From assembly GCA_964036045.1 (NCBI GenBank), contig OZ038379.1:29946001-30010000 (forward strand): DNA of 64,000 nucleotides, written 5' to 3'. The DNA is from Eutreptiella sp. 'Long Island Sound 2002'. Taxonomy: Eukaryota; Protista; Euglenida. The notes beneath the pieces are model-generated. The model saw only the letters and a list, made by a program, of their open reading frames with translations. It did no database searches and was not told the DNA's origin. The translations under genes were made by a program, and so were the position numbers. Positions 25,149 to 36,742 of the stretch are shown in pieces (positions within the stretch are counted from its first letter, which is position 1; each line of letters opens with the position of its first letter).

Positions 25149-28078
25149 ATGTCAACCCGCGGCGGAAAACGGTGCCCTCGAGTCTTCGTTGCAGAATCGC
25201 AGCAATCAGAGGACCAACCAGATGCAGTAGACCCCCCCCCCCTTGTGGGTGACACGGAAACTGGCTCGCCACACGACGACTACAACGGATCCAATAGCGG
25301 CGGAGATGAGCAAATCAACTTGGCCGAGGACGATGACAGTGACCTCGACGAACAGTCTGCAGGGCAGCATGCAGACATACGTACCAGAGTACGCGGGGCT
25401 CCAACTGGGGGAGGACACTGAGAAATGGGACGAGGACAACGAGGGTGACGTTGAAGGCAAGAGTTCAGGTGAGCGTGGACGACATTGCGTGGGACATCAA
25501 CTGCGAACACGGCCAGTGCCGTACACACAATGGGCTCGTGGAGAAATATGTGGATAGCCTGGCGCATGGGGATCCTATCCAGATGATTCAAGTGGTTTTA
25601 CAAGACATGGTAGGTATGACAACCTAAATGAGCCGTTTTTGCGCCGTTTACGGCGCCGCTTTTACGGCTTTGTCGCCGTAAATTATACATATTTTCCGTT
25701 TATGTGACCTTCCCTTTGTAATTGGAGCACAACATATTACAAAGGCCTTAAAGATACGCAAGAATTTTCTCTTGGACAGTGGGCTACAACCCCACCATAT
25801 TTCAGCACATTTAAAGTATGTATCAGCAACAATATTCGCATCTAATACGCCGCTCGAAATTCTTGAAGAAGCTGCAGGGAGGCATCAGAGGCAGCAACAC
25901 GGGATTTCGGATCCCACTACAGCTGATTTGGCACTGTTCCTATACGTCGGGTCGTACGACAGGCTGCCACTACCGGCATTCCTCACTTGGATGGGGATAC
26001 GTTGTTTGCCGCCATTTTGGCTAGTGGAGAAAAATAATGGACCTCGGTACCAGTGACCAGGTCAAAAAAAGAACTGCTGCTCAACAGAAAGAAATGTTGA
26101 GTAAACAGGTACGTTGTTTCGCACTGTACGCGACGTTTGTGTCCTAGCTATATGTTTAGCCACTATTCTTGTTACATAGAGAGGGGATGCTAGCAAGCGA
26201 TGCAATGGTATTGCATTTGTCGTAGTCGTGGATGCTGTTCGGAGCATCAATATCCGCTACGAGCCTGGTTACGAGCCCGTCCGGGCTTCGTGTTTCAGAG
26301 ACTAGAGTACTGGTCTAACCACTGCCGACGTTTAGGGACTGCCACAGTGGTTAGTAGATTGACCTCTGTCTGTGACGGTTTCCAAACTTAACAACTATGT
26401 GAAGTTCCTCAAGTGCCGGAGGAACGTGATTTGGAATATCTGTCACCCAAAAAATGACCATGTAGCACCTGAGAACAGTATGTTACCTGTCATTTTTTGT
26501 GTGTCTACTCGTACTCAGTGCAGGCCATGGCCTTCATTCTGTATTTGTCCTCATTCTTAGAGACTGTGGTTCTTTGCCATAATTTGGCAAACCAGCTGTA
26601 TGAGAAGCATGCAGACAAATTCATCCCGAGGGGTGGCCTTGGGGGGAGGGCATACGTTGAGTTGCGCCTTGGCAAGGCAGAGTGGCCAGAATGGGGCTCC
26701 CTACTTAAGAGCCCCGTATGGTCTAACCCGGCCTTTGCCACCTTGAGCCAGCGGCTGCTCAACCCTCAGGGTGGGACAGCAGCAGCAGCAGAACCCAGTA
26801 CTGGCTCCAAGGACATCATCACCTTCCAAGCAGAGTTTGGAGACTGGCGGAAGATGGTGATTGGGGGAGCTGATCTGGGTACTATTGCAGCCGGCAGAAA
26901 CACCCAGTGTGTACTGGTGGAGTGTGAGCAGGATGTTCCTTTTAGCGAGGAATTGCTCCGCATTGCCAATGGGGGAACCCCCGTCATCGTGGTCCGCAAG
27001 GCCACTGTAGTTCAGGACTGGGTCGACCAGAATACTCGTGACGGGGCCTCCCAGGTGTGTAATTTTAGTACCAACAGTGTACTTGGGGTCACAGGAAGAA
27101 AGGCAGCTGTTTCTGCCTAACCCCAAGGCCAGTGGACTGGGAGGTATGCTGAGTCTTACGCTCATGAGCCCTAAGGCTGCATCGCTGCCACCATACATCG
27201 GCCTAGAGCTGGGGCTTTGCCCCAGCATTATTGCATTGCTGATGCTCCGGGTTGGGCTTAAGCTTGACGTGGAGACAGGCAATTTTTTTTTTGCCTCGCG
27301 ATGCGGCTGCATCCAAAGCGCAACTGTGGCTTGGATGTTGTAGCTCAGGTTGCCACCGCTTTTCCCAGGTGGCAAGTCTCTATGGTTATTTCAGCCGAGT
27401 TTCTCCAGCATTTCTCCAAAGACATGGAGATTACCAGGAATGCTGATGCAGCCACTGATGACCATGAGCTCAGCCATGAAATTGGCCTCCTGTGCAAGGG
27501 CACTGTTATTGACAGCAGCAACGTCCGCCATCTGACTGTAGAGGACTTGGCAGAAAGGCGTCAATAGGTTGCTGCCCTTGTCAAGAAGCACAGGGAGACC
27601 GAAAGGGAGAGGAAGAAGAAGACCAAGGAGGAAGCAAAGGCAGTTGCAAAACCTGCTGCCGAAGCACCCAAGACTGTGACTGCTACCCAGCAACGTCAGC
27701 AACGCAGGCAGATGCTTTAGGCAGCAGCAGGAGGGGGCAGCAGGCCACCCTTCCACTGGGGGACCAGGCAAGGGCATCCTTGCACCTGCCGCCAGCACCC
27801 CAGGAAAGAAGGGAAAGGGCGAGCAGGACAACTAGGACATCCAGAGTGCCAGGGCTGGCCGTGCTACCCCTGCCCGTCCTACCTCGGGCAACAGCGGGAA
27901 CAACACTCCAAGTGGCAGCCCTGGCAAAAGGAAGCAGACCCGTCAGGTTGGGCTGAGGGCCAAACGGGCTAAACTCGGTGGTGCAGCTTCTGACCTGCAG
28001 CCTCCTGCTGCTGACGCTGAGGTGATGGGGGAGACTGAGCTGGAGTCCCTTTTTGCACCAGCCCAAGATACGTTCTAG
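25149..28078 (+). pseudogene. Multi-exon passenger gene with an acidic N-terminus, a ParB/Srx-like domain and a K/E-rich tail
   Basis: VSVDDIAWD...GQCR...VEKYVDSL..GDPI..IQVV, then after an intron FVIGAQHITKAL, which resembles the ParB IIDG(H/Q)HRxxA motif. Downstream ORFs 25772, 26497, 27038 and 27301 continue on the same strand with frameshifts. Confidence 0.5.
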
Positions 28079-30899
28079 GTGACAGCCTATGCTGTAGTAC
28101 CTGTGCCTGCCTAACGAGATAGCATTGTAGGCTACCTATACAACCTGTACATTATAGGTGAGGACTGCAGACTTGTATGTTGTGCGGTATTCACGGTGCT
28201 AACGCCGTAAATTTTACGGCTTTGGCGCCGTAAACCGCGAGTTTGCTATCAAATGAGGTAATGGACCATACCTTTTTGTCCAAATGTGTCCAACTTTGCC
28301 CAACGGCCAAGCCAATCTGTGGCTTTTTTTTCTCCAGGATATATTTGTCTGATGACACAAAGGTTTCTTTTTTGATTCAGTGCTCAAGAGCACATCAATG
28401 GACGCTTCGGTTGGTTGGAGTGAGAGAACCTAATGTACTGCATGATTTTTATACTGCATTCTCTGCTTGTTTGGCAATGTTGTCTATGCTATGTTGCTAT
28501 GCTGCTGCTGCAAGCTGCTGTTTGTGTATTGCACTGTGTGGGCCATCTCGGAATAGTGGTGTGGGGGGGGGGGGCACTTAGGGCCTGCTCAGCCTGTCTT
28601 GTCCCTACCCCCCTGGTGCACTCGAAGTATCTTTTTGTAGGCCCCCCCTTTACAGCCATTACTCTATTTTCGTTTACGGCGTTGGCGCCGTAAAATTTAA
28701 GGGCGCCCCCCCCTGAAAGCAGTGGTCCCGTCGGGACCGATTTCCCCAAAAAAAACAGGTGTGTCTTTTTCATTCCTGCCCAATAGGGTCGTATTGCGTC
28801 CCATGTCTTTTCCAAGTGTACCAAATAGTGTACATAAGCTGCCTCCAATCCATTACTAAAATCAACCAAGAGGTAAAACAGTGTAGAATTGAGGTGACAA
28901 TTACTTCGCTAATTTGTCATTGACTGAAACAATGCAGCCACACAAGGTGTCCATCCATTAATGATGTCTCTTTTTTGTTAAATATTGGCTTCGACAAAAG
29001 GTGAAAAAGCCGACATCCTGTCCAAATTTTTACGGCGCCGGCGCCGTAAATTTTCCGAGCATCAGTGGTTTGATTTCGGGGGGTTATTGACTGCCAGACA
29101 ATGTTTTTTTGAAAAGCAGTCAGTTTTTGCGGCGACCCCTGTTTTTGGGTTTACGGCTGTGCATGTACGCATAGTGCACCCCAAGATTATGATGATAGGC
29201 AACCACCTGACGACTAGAACATCCATGACGCAACGGCATATACGGCCATCTCATTCATGGGTAACATTGGTGATATGTGAGGTTGAATATAAGGTGTAGG
29301 TGGGCATTGATATCAGCCTCGAGATGTACAATCAGGTATCTATCAAGATATCATGCAAGATTGGAGAACATCTTTGCACAATTGGAGATAGCAGATCGCT
29401 ACATTGCGGTTGTGGTTTTAGAGGTTTTCCTATCTGGTGGGTTTTACCAAATATGCACGCAGTGCAGAGTCAGCCCCTTCAGTCTGGCATGGGTTGGCTG
29501 AAAGATCGAGATTTTGAATGGCCCCAATGACCAATTGGCAGCCTTGGGCTACGCTTGGGTCATCATTTGGTGACAATGGGACGACCTACTCACCAATAGG
29601 AGGCCCAATGAGTGGTATCCATGGCCCCTTAAACGGCTATTGTCGGGGCGTTCAGCTCATTTGTGCAGGGAGTAGACAGAACTTCAGCCCGCCCACTTGA
29701 AGCCATCGGCGCACTTTGTATAGTTGGTTGTTGGGAGCATTTTTGTGTGAGATAATTCTTTTGTGAAATTCTCAATTATGAGCCAATAAGGTTTTCGGGT
29801 CCCAAGTCCGTGGGGCTTGCCCAGGCCATGTAGGATGGGCGCTGCTGCATTTTTTGGCCATTCTGGGAAATACAGCGCCGACCGGGGGGTTTCGGTGGCC
29901 TCAGAGACCCTGTGGTATGTACCCCCCGATATGTGCCGGGCGCTGCTGGAATGCACCATGATCAACGCACCCGTCCGCATTTGTATACGGCCTGGTTTGA
30001 TGGGATTTCATGTCCGCCCCCTCCTCGATTGCTGCTGCAGGTGATCGGGACAGTACCTGTGAGCCAGCAGATGGGACGGCATCTTCTGTCGAGATCCAAC
30101 GCCTGGTATTTGTGAGTGCACGATGCCGATGCAAACACAGTGCATGCCTACCAGTGTGAGCGCGTGAATGTGGGTGATGATTGGCGCCATGTCCGTCTGC
30201 GTTGTCCCCAGATGACAAGCAGCGCGTCTTTTGTCTCCTTAGGGCCGCGATGACACCGAGTATTTTCATCTGCAAACCGAAGAAGCGTTGTATTTGATGC
30301 CCGAGCACGTGCAGGTCACATGACGTCACGTGCTCTGTTTCCGTTGCGCAGTCTTCGGGTCAATCGTGACGGGACAGCGCAGACCTCCGCGTTTCGCTTC
30401 GAGCTCCAGGCAGGGCAAGGGAATGTGCTGGAATGGCCCCAAAGAGCACAGCACCCCGTCATGACATTATGGTGCACAGATCTGCTGGCGCTCCGAAATC
30501 ATATCCCCCGGCACAGCTTGGGAATTGTTCAGTGGAGCATCGATTGGTCCTGACCGCGGGTATCTGCCTGTTTCGGGGGCAATGCTTTGGGTATTTTGGG
30601 ACAGGGGCTGAGGCAATCCATTCCATAAGACGGGCTTGCGGCCGCACTTTCGTGGGGGCCGCTGAGGTGTGATTCTGGACGCCCTCCCCGCAAGCGCAGT
30701 GAGTGGAGTGGTCGAGAGTGTGACGGTCATTCTCGATCAGCCTTCTCTCCCCCTTCCGTCCCCTGTACATCTATTGCCAATCTGGTGCCTCCGTGCACGC
30801 TGCCTCTGGACCGCCCAACTTGCGCCAACACGGCAAGCCATGCAAACGGGCCACCGAATGTCCTTCAAAACAATTATGGACTGCAACGAGCCCGAACAC

Positions 30900-31640
30900 G
30901 GACCACGCTTCCGGGGCGAGGGATGTCATAGCACGGACCCACTCTGCAAACACGATCCAGCACTCGAAATGGCAAGCCCTGGCACACGGTCGCAGTGGAA
31001 TACTCCCAAGGCCAAGACCGACCCAGAGCCCGTGAATGGGTAGGTTAGGGCCCATGCCAAGCAGCTGGTGGTCGAGGGTTCTTTGTGGGCGGCGATACCT
31101 CCTCCTCCACACAGTCGATGGGGCGTTGAACCGGGGAACAAAGGGCTGTGCTGTGGGGATGTTGGATCTACGATGAGTTTGAGGGTAGCAGGTCAGGAGG
31201 AGAGGCTCCTGGGCCTCCTCGTAGACCCCCGCCCCCTGCAGCACCCGCACCAGATGCTCTACCTTGGGGGAAACCCAGGTCGGCACTCCCTTCATCGGGC
31301 GCGCTCCATCCCCCACGGCGACTCCACATCGAAGTCGGGCAGGCCAGGCTGGTAAAAGGGCAGAATCACGGAATCCCAAAGGTCACGAGGCAACTCGAAG
31401 GAAACAATGGGCCCAAGGCCCCGGTCCAGGATGCCATCCAGCAGCCCCATTGTGCGGGGCACCGGGGAGGTGGAGTTGTGCAGGCAGGCCTCCCAAGCCT
31501 CAGGGGTGAGGGTCTCCGGGGCACGCGAGCAGCGCCTGAACCGTGTTGGGCACATGGAAGTCCTTCGCCTTGTCGAAGATCCGGCCCAACGCCAGCCGGA
31601 CCCGGATGATTTCGGCATTACACGCGGGTGGGGTGGGGGG
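30900..31640 (-). pseudogene. Possible degenerate non-LTR retrotransposon fragment
   Basis: Overlapping minus-strand ORFs (30771..31379, 31292..31618) with coding-like text, e.g. EAWEACLH...GLLDGIL...LWDSVILPF. No diagnostic motif was found. Confidence 0.25.
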
Positions 31641-31912
31641 GAGTGCGGCAGGGCTCAGTCTCCCAGTGCCTCATACGAGGTATCCCACCAGTCTTTAGCT
31701 AGCACACACACGAACACACGCACGGGACCCCATGAAACCAGATCAAGTCAGTGCACTGTCCACGGGCATGCTTTGGGTGTGCATTCCATTCCCCCCCCTC
31801 CGGCTCAGAGGCACACTGTTGCACTTTAGCAACAGGCCTTTTACTGCGGATCACGTGGATATTGGAGGGAAGGTTCTGTGAGAGGGTCAGGGCAGCCCCT
31901 GCGCGGGTGCAG

Positions 31913-32159
31913 AGGCACAACTACACTTCGGTCGCATTTATGTCTCGATTCGGTCCATTGGCACAGCCCGTGTTTCGCAGGTTCTTTCCAGCCAAAGTCA
32001 GTGACCGGTACGTCATTTGCCCTCGCGACTCGCTGTTTGCCAGATACAAAGCCTATCAGTCCTTTCGGGACAAGGGCTGGATCGTGAGGCACGGGACAGA
32101 GTTCGGAGTGGATTTCTTGCTGTACTCCCGGTCCCCCGATGACATCCATGCGGCGTACG
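31913..32159 (+). CDS. SEN2: Sen2-like catalytic-domain exon
   Basis: FARYKAYQSFRDKGWIVRHGTEFGVDFLLYSRSPDDIHAAY matches the endonuclease core with the catalytic Tyr and His. Acceptor gtgcag at 31912. A 36-nt GT-AG segment inside (about 32008-32043) could be a mini-intron. Confidence 0.85.
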
Positions 32160-33621
32160 GTCCTGCATTCCTTGTGACCTTGAAGTCTGATGTCATCCCT
32201 TTCCCGTGTCCTTCGGCCCAGTTCTCCTTTTCGTCGTTCTTATCTTCTCTTTGTCTCCTTCTTGGCGGCAAGGCATTCACCCGGGGCAGGGCGCATGATT
32301 CTACAGCCCACTGTTGCCGCGTCATGACCCATGGCCCACCCTCGAGGGTGCATTTTTCGGTGGCCCAAAATCGCAAGACAAATCTGCGGCCGGGAAAGTG
32401 GGTACCCCAAGTTCTGGCCAACCCCGCAGGTTTTGGCCTGAGATTGCCCTGAGACCCCATGAAGACAGTCGAGCCGCGGAAAGCAAAGTCAATGCAGCTA
32501 GCTGGCTGTGCTCGTGTCAAATATGCTTCGTCAGGACTCCAACTCCGAGTTATGGCCCAAAATTGCCCAAAATGGCCCTAGTCCTGCGCGATGCAGCCCG
32601 GACGGCCCCAAACCAGATCGGGCGTATCGTTGGCCAGGCGGCTTGAAATACCATTCCGGTCTCCACACTTCAGAATCACCCGAATGGACCACGGAATTGC
32701 ATACTTGGCCAGGCTTCCCTCCAGCTTTACAATATTGGCCTGGCAGATTGCCTTGCTTGTGGCATGCGCTGCTTGGCCACTCCCCAATGTCTCCAAAACG
32801 CAACCCAAAAGCTGCCCAAAATGGCCCTAAAAGTGCCCCATGCAAGATGGGCTGCCCCATGGTCCCTTTTTTGGTTGCATTATGGCTCATTTTCGAGGGA
32901 GAGCTCAAATCGAGCGTAGATGGACTCAAAGCCAAGAACACTCGTTTCAGTATCCCAAGTGGTCTACGTTTCGGAGGAACGCTTTTTCTATCCAGTTTTT
33001 GCCCATTTTCCTCCAAATGGCCTATTTTCAGGGATTTTGGGGTGGGTTTCAAGGCGGGCCAAAACGGGGTCAAAACAAGCTGAGAACACGTGTTTCAGCA
33101 TTCCAAGAGGTCCTGGGACAATTGTGCAAAATGTGTTTTTTTTTTACCCATATTAGACTCATTTGGGCCCCAGCAATGTAGGCTCCATGCGCACACTTAC
33201 CGGCACCCAGCGTGCGCGGGTCTAGGGCTCTAGGCGTCTGTTTGGGCCATTCTCAGGCGGTAGAAAGGACACGGTGCTGGGTGCAGGTGGATTGTGTGCC
33301 CTCGGGGTCCGATTGTTACAGCCCATTATTGGTTTGGGCGAGGGGAAAATTGGCTTGCACGGGGGGGGGGGGGGGTCGTGGGAGCCCCCCGAAGGAGGGG
33401 GGGGGGTCTGGCAATGGGGCTCCTGTGACAGAACCCTTGGTAAAGTACCAATCACCTCAAACAGAGGTTGTTAGATCAAGCGCAGGCGCAGGCGTCGTAT
33501 ACCCCCGTTTTTGGGGGTCATTCGCGTAGAATGACCCAAGGTTATGATGCCAAATATCATCTCAAGGCAGGATATTTGTGGTCAGAAGGCTCCAAGCAGT
33601 GGGGATGCGCAGCACTGTCGC

Positions 33622-33694
33622 AACAAACCACGGTCAAATGGTAACACAGCCGGCTGCAGATTTTTTCGGCGGCGGTTCAAATCCTTGCCGGTCG
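33622..33694 (+). tRNA. tRNA-Cys(GCA)-like pseudogene or SINE head
   Basis: GGTCAAATGGTAACACAG (D arm/A box), CTGCAGA anticodon loop, GGTTCAAATCC (T loop/B box). The stems pair poorly. Confidence 0.5.
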
Positions 33695-33723
33695 ATTGTC
33701 ATCGGCGGCGGCGAGGCCATGTT

Positions 33724-33796
33724 CGCCTGACCAGGATTCGAACCGGCGACGAAAAAGTCTGCGGTTGGCTGCATTACCATTCGGCCACAGCTTGTT
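33724..33796 (-). tRNA. tRNA-Cys(GCA)-like pseudogene or SINE head, inverted copy
   Basis: The reverse complement reads GCTGTGGCCGAATGGTAATGCAGCCAACCGCAGACTTTTTCGTCGCCGGTTCGAATCCTGGTCAGGCG. The anticodon stem is unpaired. Confidence 0.5.
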
Positions 33797-35667
33797 CTGT
33801 GGTAACCTGTCCTCCCACTGGTCGAAGCCGAGTCTGCCACTAACAAAAAACCCAAACTGTGTGTTTCTGTCTGACCGGACATAAATACCACCACTGCTCC
33901 CCCCCCCCCCCTTCAATGGAAGTTCAACTTTATTTGCCACCATCTATGACCTTTTTCAAGGCCCCGTCACGGGAGCCAAGGAGGGGGGGGGGGTCCGGGA
34001 AAGGGGCTCCAACGACCCCCCCGCCCGCGCAAGCCAATTTTCCCCCACCCTTGGACCTGTTTTTCGCCTGTGTTGGGGCATTTCTCGGACATGTCGAGAG
34101 GTTACAGAGTGCATTGAATTTTTCATTGGCTCAAGCCCCGGGCGGGAAGGGCGCATGTTGCTGCAAAAGAGGTCTAGAGTACGGCCCGAAACGTTGGGAC
34201 AAAGTTATTTGCAGAATGGTTCGGAGGTGTGTTGTTTGTGTTGCTCGTTCATTGTTGTTGCTTGCTTCGGATCAATGGGGAGAAGCGTGTCGTACTGCAT
34301 ATGCCTCTGCATGGCAGTCCATTGTTTTGTATGGGGTAATCACCCCCCGGGGGAGCATGGCCTGGAGTATTAGAATACCAGTGCAGCAAAGAGCTTCCGT
34401 GGCACCGCCATTTCTGAAAGGGACGGGATTCTTTTTCAGCTGAGAAACGTGCAGGGACCTGCCGTTTGACGGTCAATCAGCGAGCAAGTAAACCGAAGGG
34501 TGTGCGTGGGCCAGCTCAGGGCGGTTGGTGTGCCCTGCAGCCGTGTGCTGGGTGTTTGCTGAGTGTGCTGGATGATGGATGTGCTGCGTGTGTGCTGGAC
34601 CCCGGGGAAGACAGTGAAGAAGGGGTCATCCCATTGGATGGTCCAAACCTCACGGGGCAAACTACTCTTTGCTTGTTTTTTTTTCGGGCCGGGGGGGTAG
34701 ATTCCTGCCACTGAGTGCCAGTAACACATCACCATCGATTCCGGGGCGGTGAAAACAGTTTGTTGCAGGGATCCAGGCCCAGGAGCTTTGGGTGCTCCAC
34801 TACTGATGAGAGTTATGCAACACAGCTGGGGGGGGGGGGGGTAATCCTCCACAACAATTTTCCCGGGGGGAATCATTTCTTCGTGGAGTGAGTTGGAGAT
34901 CCGGAGGGACACGAAAGAAACACAGAGGGAGTTCGAAGGGAGGGGTGCTCTCCAGAAGGCGCGGATGATGCCACTACTACTGATGCTGATTGGCAAGAGG
35001 TTTGTCCAACAAAGGCATGCAATGTCTGTGCAAAAAAGCGGCGTTACTTGATGGGCTGCACGTGTTGACATTACAACATTGCGCAAAAAGGACAAAAAAA
35101 GAATGCATGTGAATATCATCGCAGAAGTCCGTCTCCTTTCGGCAATCGAGCACTATGATGCGGGCGTGGCACGACTGTACCACTCTCTCCCGCGATACAA
35201 ACGGATGTCTGAGCCTTAACCGGGAACTACGTGGACCGGGAGCGGCTGAGTGAGGCAGAGGAAGCGAATCTGTGGTATGGGCTAACACACATGGGGCGGA
35301 ACCTCTGCCCCGGACGTAAACATGCTGTCCCTTGTACCCGGTGCAAACCAAACCCTGAAAAGGAACGACCCATCCAATGAAACCAACATCGAATCCCACA
35401 TCATCTGAACAATTTTTTTCACTCAACCGCGTGTACCCCAAATAGCCAGCGCCAGGCGGTATGGTGTTGAGTCATAGATGTTGGGGTCCACCCACCCTCA
35501 ACCCCTTCAAGCCCCTCCGACCCTTTGGGAGTGGACTGGTCAAACATGTGAAAGAGGTCGAGGGCCCCAGACAAACGATGTCAGTGGTCCGTCCAGGGAT
35601 GGCTGTTGGGGTCCGTGTACCCCTTGGTCCCGTGCCGTACCTGTGGGTGCTTGGCTCTGCCCCCTAT

Positions 35668-35668
<1 letters not shown>

Positions 35669-35708
<40 letters not shown>
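35669..35708. repeat. (CT)20 microsatellite
   Basis: Read directly from the sequence. Confidence 0.95.
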
Positions 35709-35711
<3 letters not shown>

Positions 35712-36246
35712 GGGCTTTCTGCCCCTCCTCGTGCCCAGCCGCTGTGGACTTCTGCTCTCGTTGAGGGTTGGAGTCCAAGGCCAGGGCTCAGGCTGTACCC
35801 AACAATACCACGATTGCAGGGGTGTTGTTGATTGATGGCCCCAGGCCGACGTGGCTGGAGTGCATGCGGTGGGTCCGGTTGGCCGAAGGCGTCGCCAAGA
35901 ATGTCTCGATGTGCCAGATTCGCATCCCACGGTATTGTATACCGGAGCCTGGCACTGAGCAAGCCTGTGGTGTGTCCGCATGTTGCATGCCTTGTGTTGT
36001 GAATGTGCGCGAATAGACATCTGCATGACAGCCCCCCTCCAAAAATGCACGTGAAGGAACGAGAGAGAGTGAGCCACCGACACTTTGTTATATTAGCATA
36101 GAGAGAAACGAACGCGCGGTGCCCGCGGTGCAATGTGCGCTGCGCGCGCGGTGCGCACCGTTTGGTTCAGGTTGTTTTATGAACACACCATTTTTTCATT
36201 TAGTCACAGCGGGTTGTAAACAATACTCTCCCACAAGCATAAGTAG

Positions 36247-36742
36247 AGCTTGTGGGAGGGCAGCGGGATCGAAAATTTGCAATCACCCACCTCCTTGCGC
36301 CTGAGGAGGCACACGTGGAGACCATCGCCCTTGACAATGATGGGTGTGGAGTTGTGAGCCCAACACCGCAGAATTCAAGGTGCTGAATCCTTTTTTTCCC
36401 CCCATTGGTTGCCCTCACCTCTTTGCTCCGTTGCACTGCAACTCACATCATCATTGGACTGGTCATCCACATTGGGCACATCCCTTACTTCTGCTGAGGA
36501 GGAGGGTGAAGAGAACGTTGTTCCGAAGGAACAAGGGTTCTATGCAAAGGGGGGGGTGCACAACGAGAATAGCTCTTCATATATCCCTGTACATATCAAC
36601 ATATTGAAATTTGTGAGCCCCCTGTGTGCTTACAGTATGCCAACACAGGTCCCCCACCCGCCGGCCCTCTACAGCCGGTTGTTGCAAGGAAGCACTTCCA
36701 GCGTGTCCTACACGTCCTCGAAGAGGACCTGATGAAACCGTT
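36247..36742 (+). CDS. Probable short exons of an unidentified host gene
   Basis: Coding-like blocks ELVGGQRDRKFAITHLLAPEEAHVETIALD, SAEEEGEENVVPKEQGF and cag|PVVARKHFQRVLHVLEEDLMKP|gtgagc. Confidence 0.35.

Larger units (their letters stand above)
20838..29158. promoter_or_regulatory. Recurrent TTTACGGCG / CGCCGTAAA palindromic motif clusters confined to the 8.4-kb element
   Basis: Found in both TIRs and at about 21051, 23459-23480, 24621-24654, 25647-25683, 28203-28234, 28673-28694 and 29029-29050. Confidence 0.8.
20809..29185 (+). mobile_element. 8377-bp two-gene TIR DNA transposon (Academ-like transposase plus ParB-like gene) inside the SEN2 intron
   Basis: Imperfect ~36-bp TIRs CTTGGGGTGCACTGTGCG...AGCCGTAAA / TTTACGGCT...CGCATAGTGCACCCCAAG. 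ATTAT is repeated at 20804-20808 and 29186-29190. Confidence 0.8.
33343..34045. mobile_element. Foldback/MITE-like element with ~100-bp imperfect inverted arms
   Basis: GGGGAAAATTGGCTTGC..GGGGGGTCGT.GGAGCCCC...GGCTCC.GTGAC on the left is inverted at about 33960-34045. No TSD was identified. Confidence 0.6.

Noticed and set aside
33622-33796. Functional tRNA-Cys genes
   Set aside because: The acceptor and anticodon stems do not pair properly, so they are treated as pseudogene or SINE-derived.
34795-34990. Hammerhead ribozyme or box C/D snoRNA suggested by CTGATGA and a repeated CCACTACTGATG
   Set aside because: There is no GAAA core with paired stems and no properly placed D box with a terminal stem.
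36247-36480. JAB/MPN (AMSH-like) domain suggested by ITHLLAPEE
   Set aside because: No HxH motif was found in the following exons.
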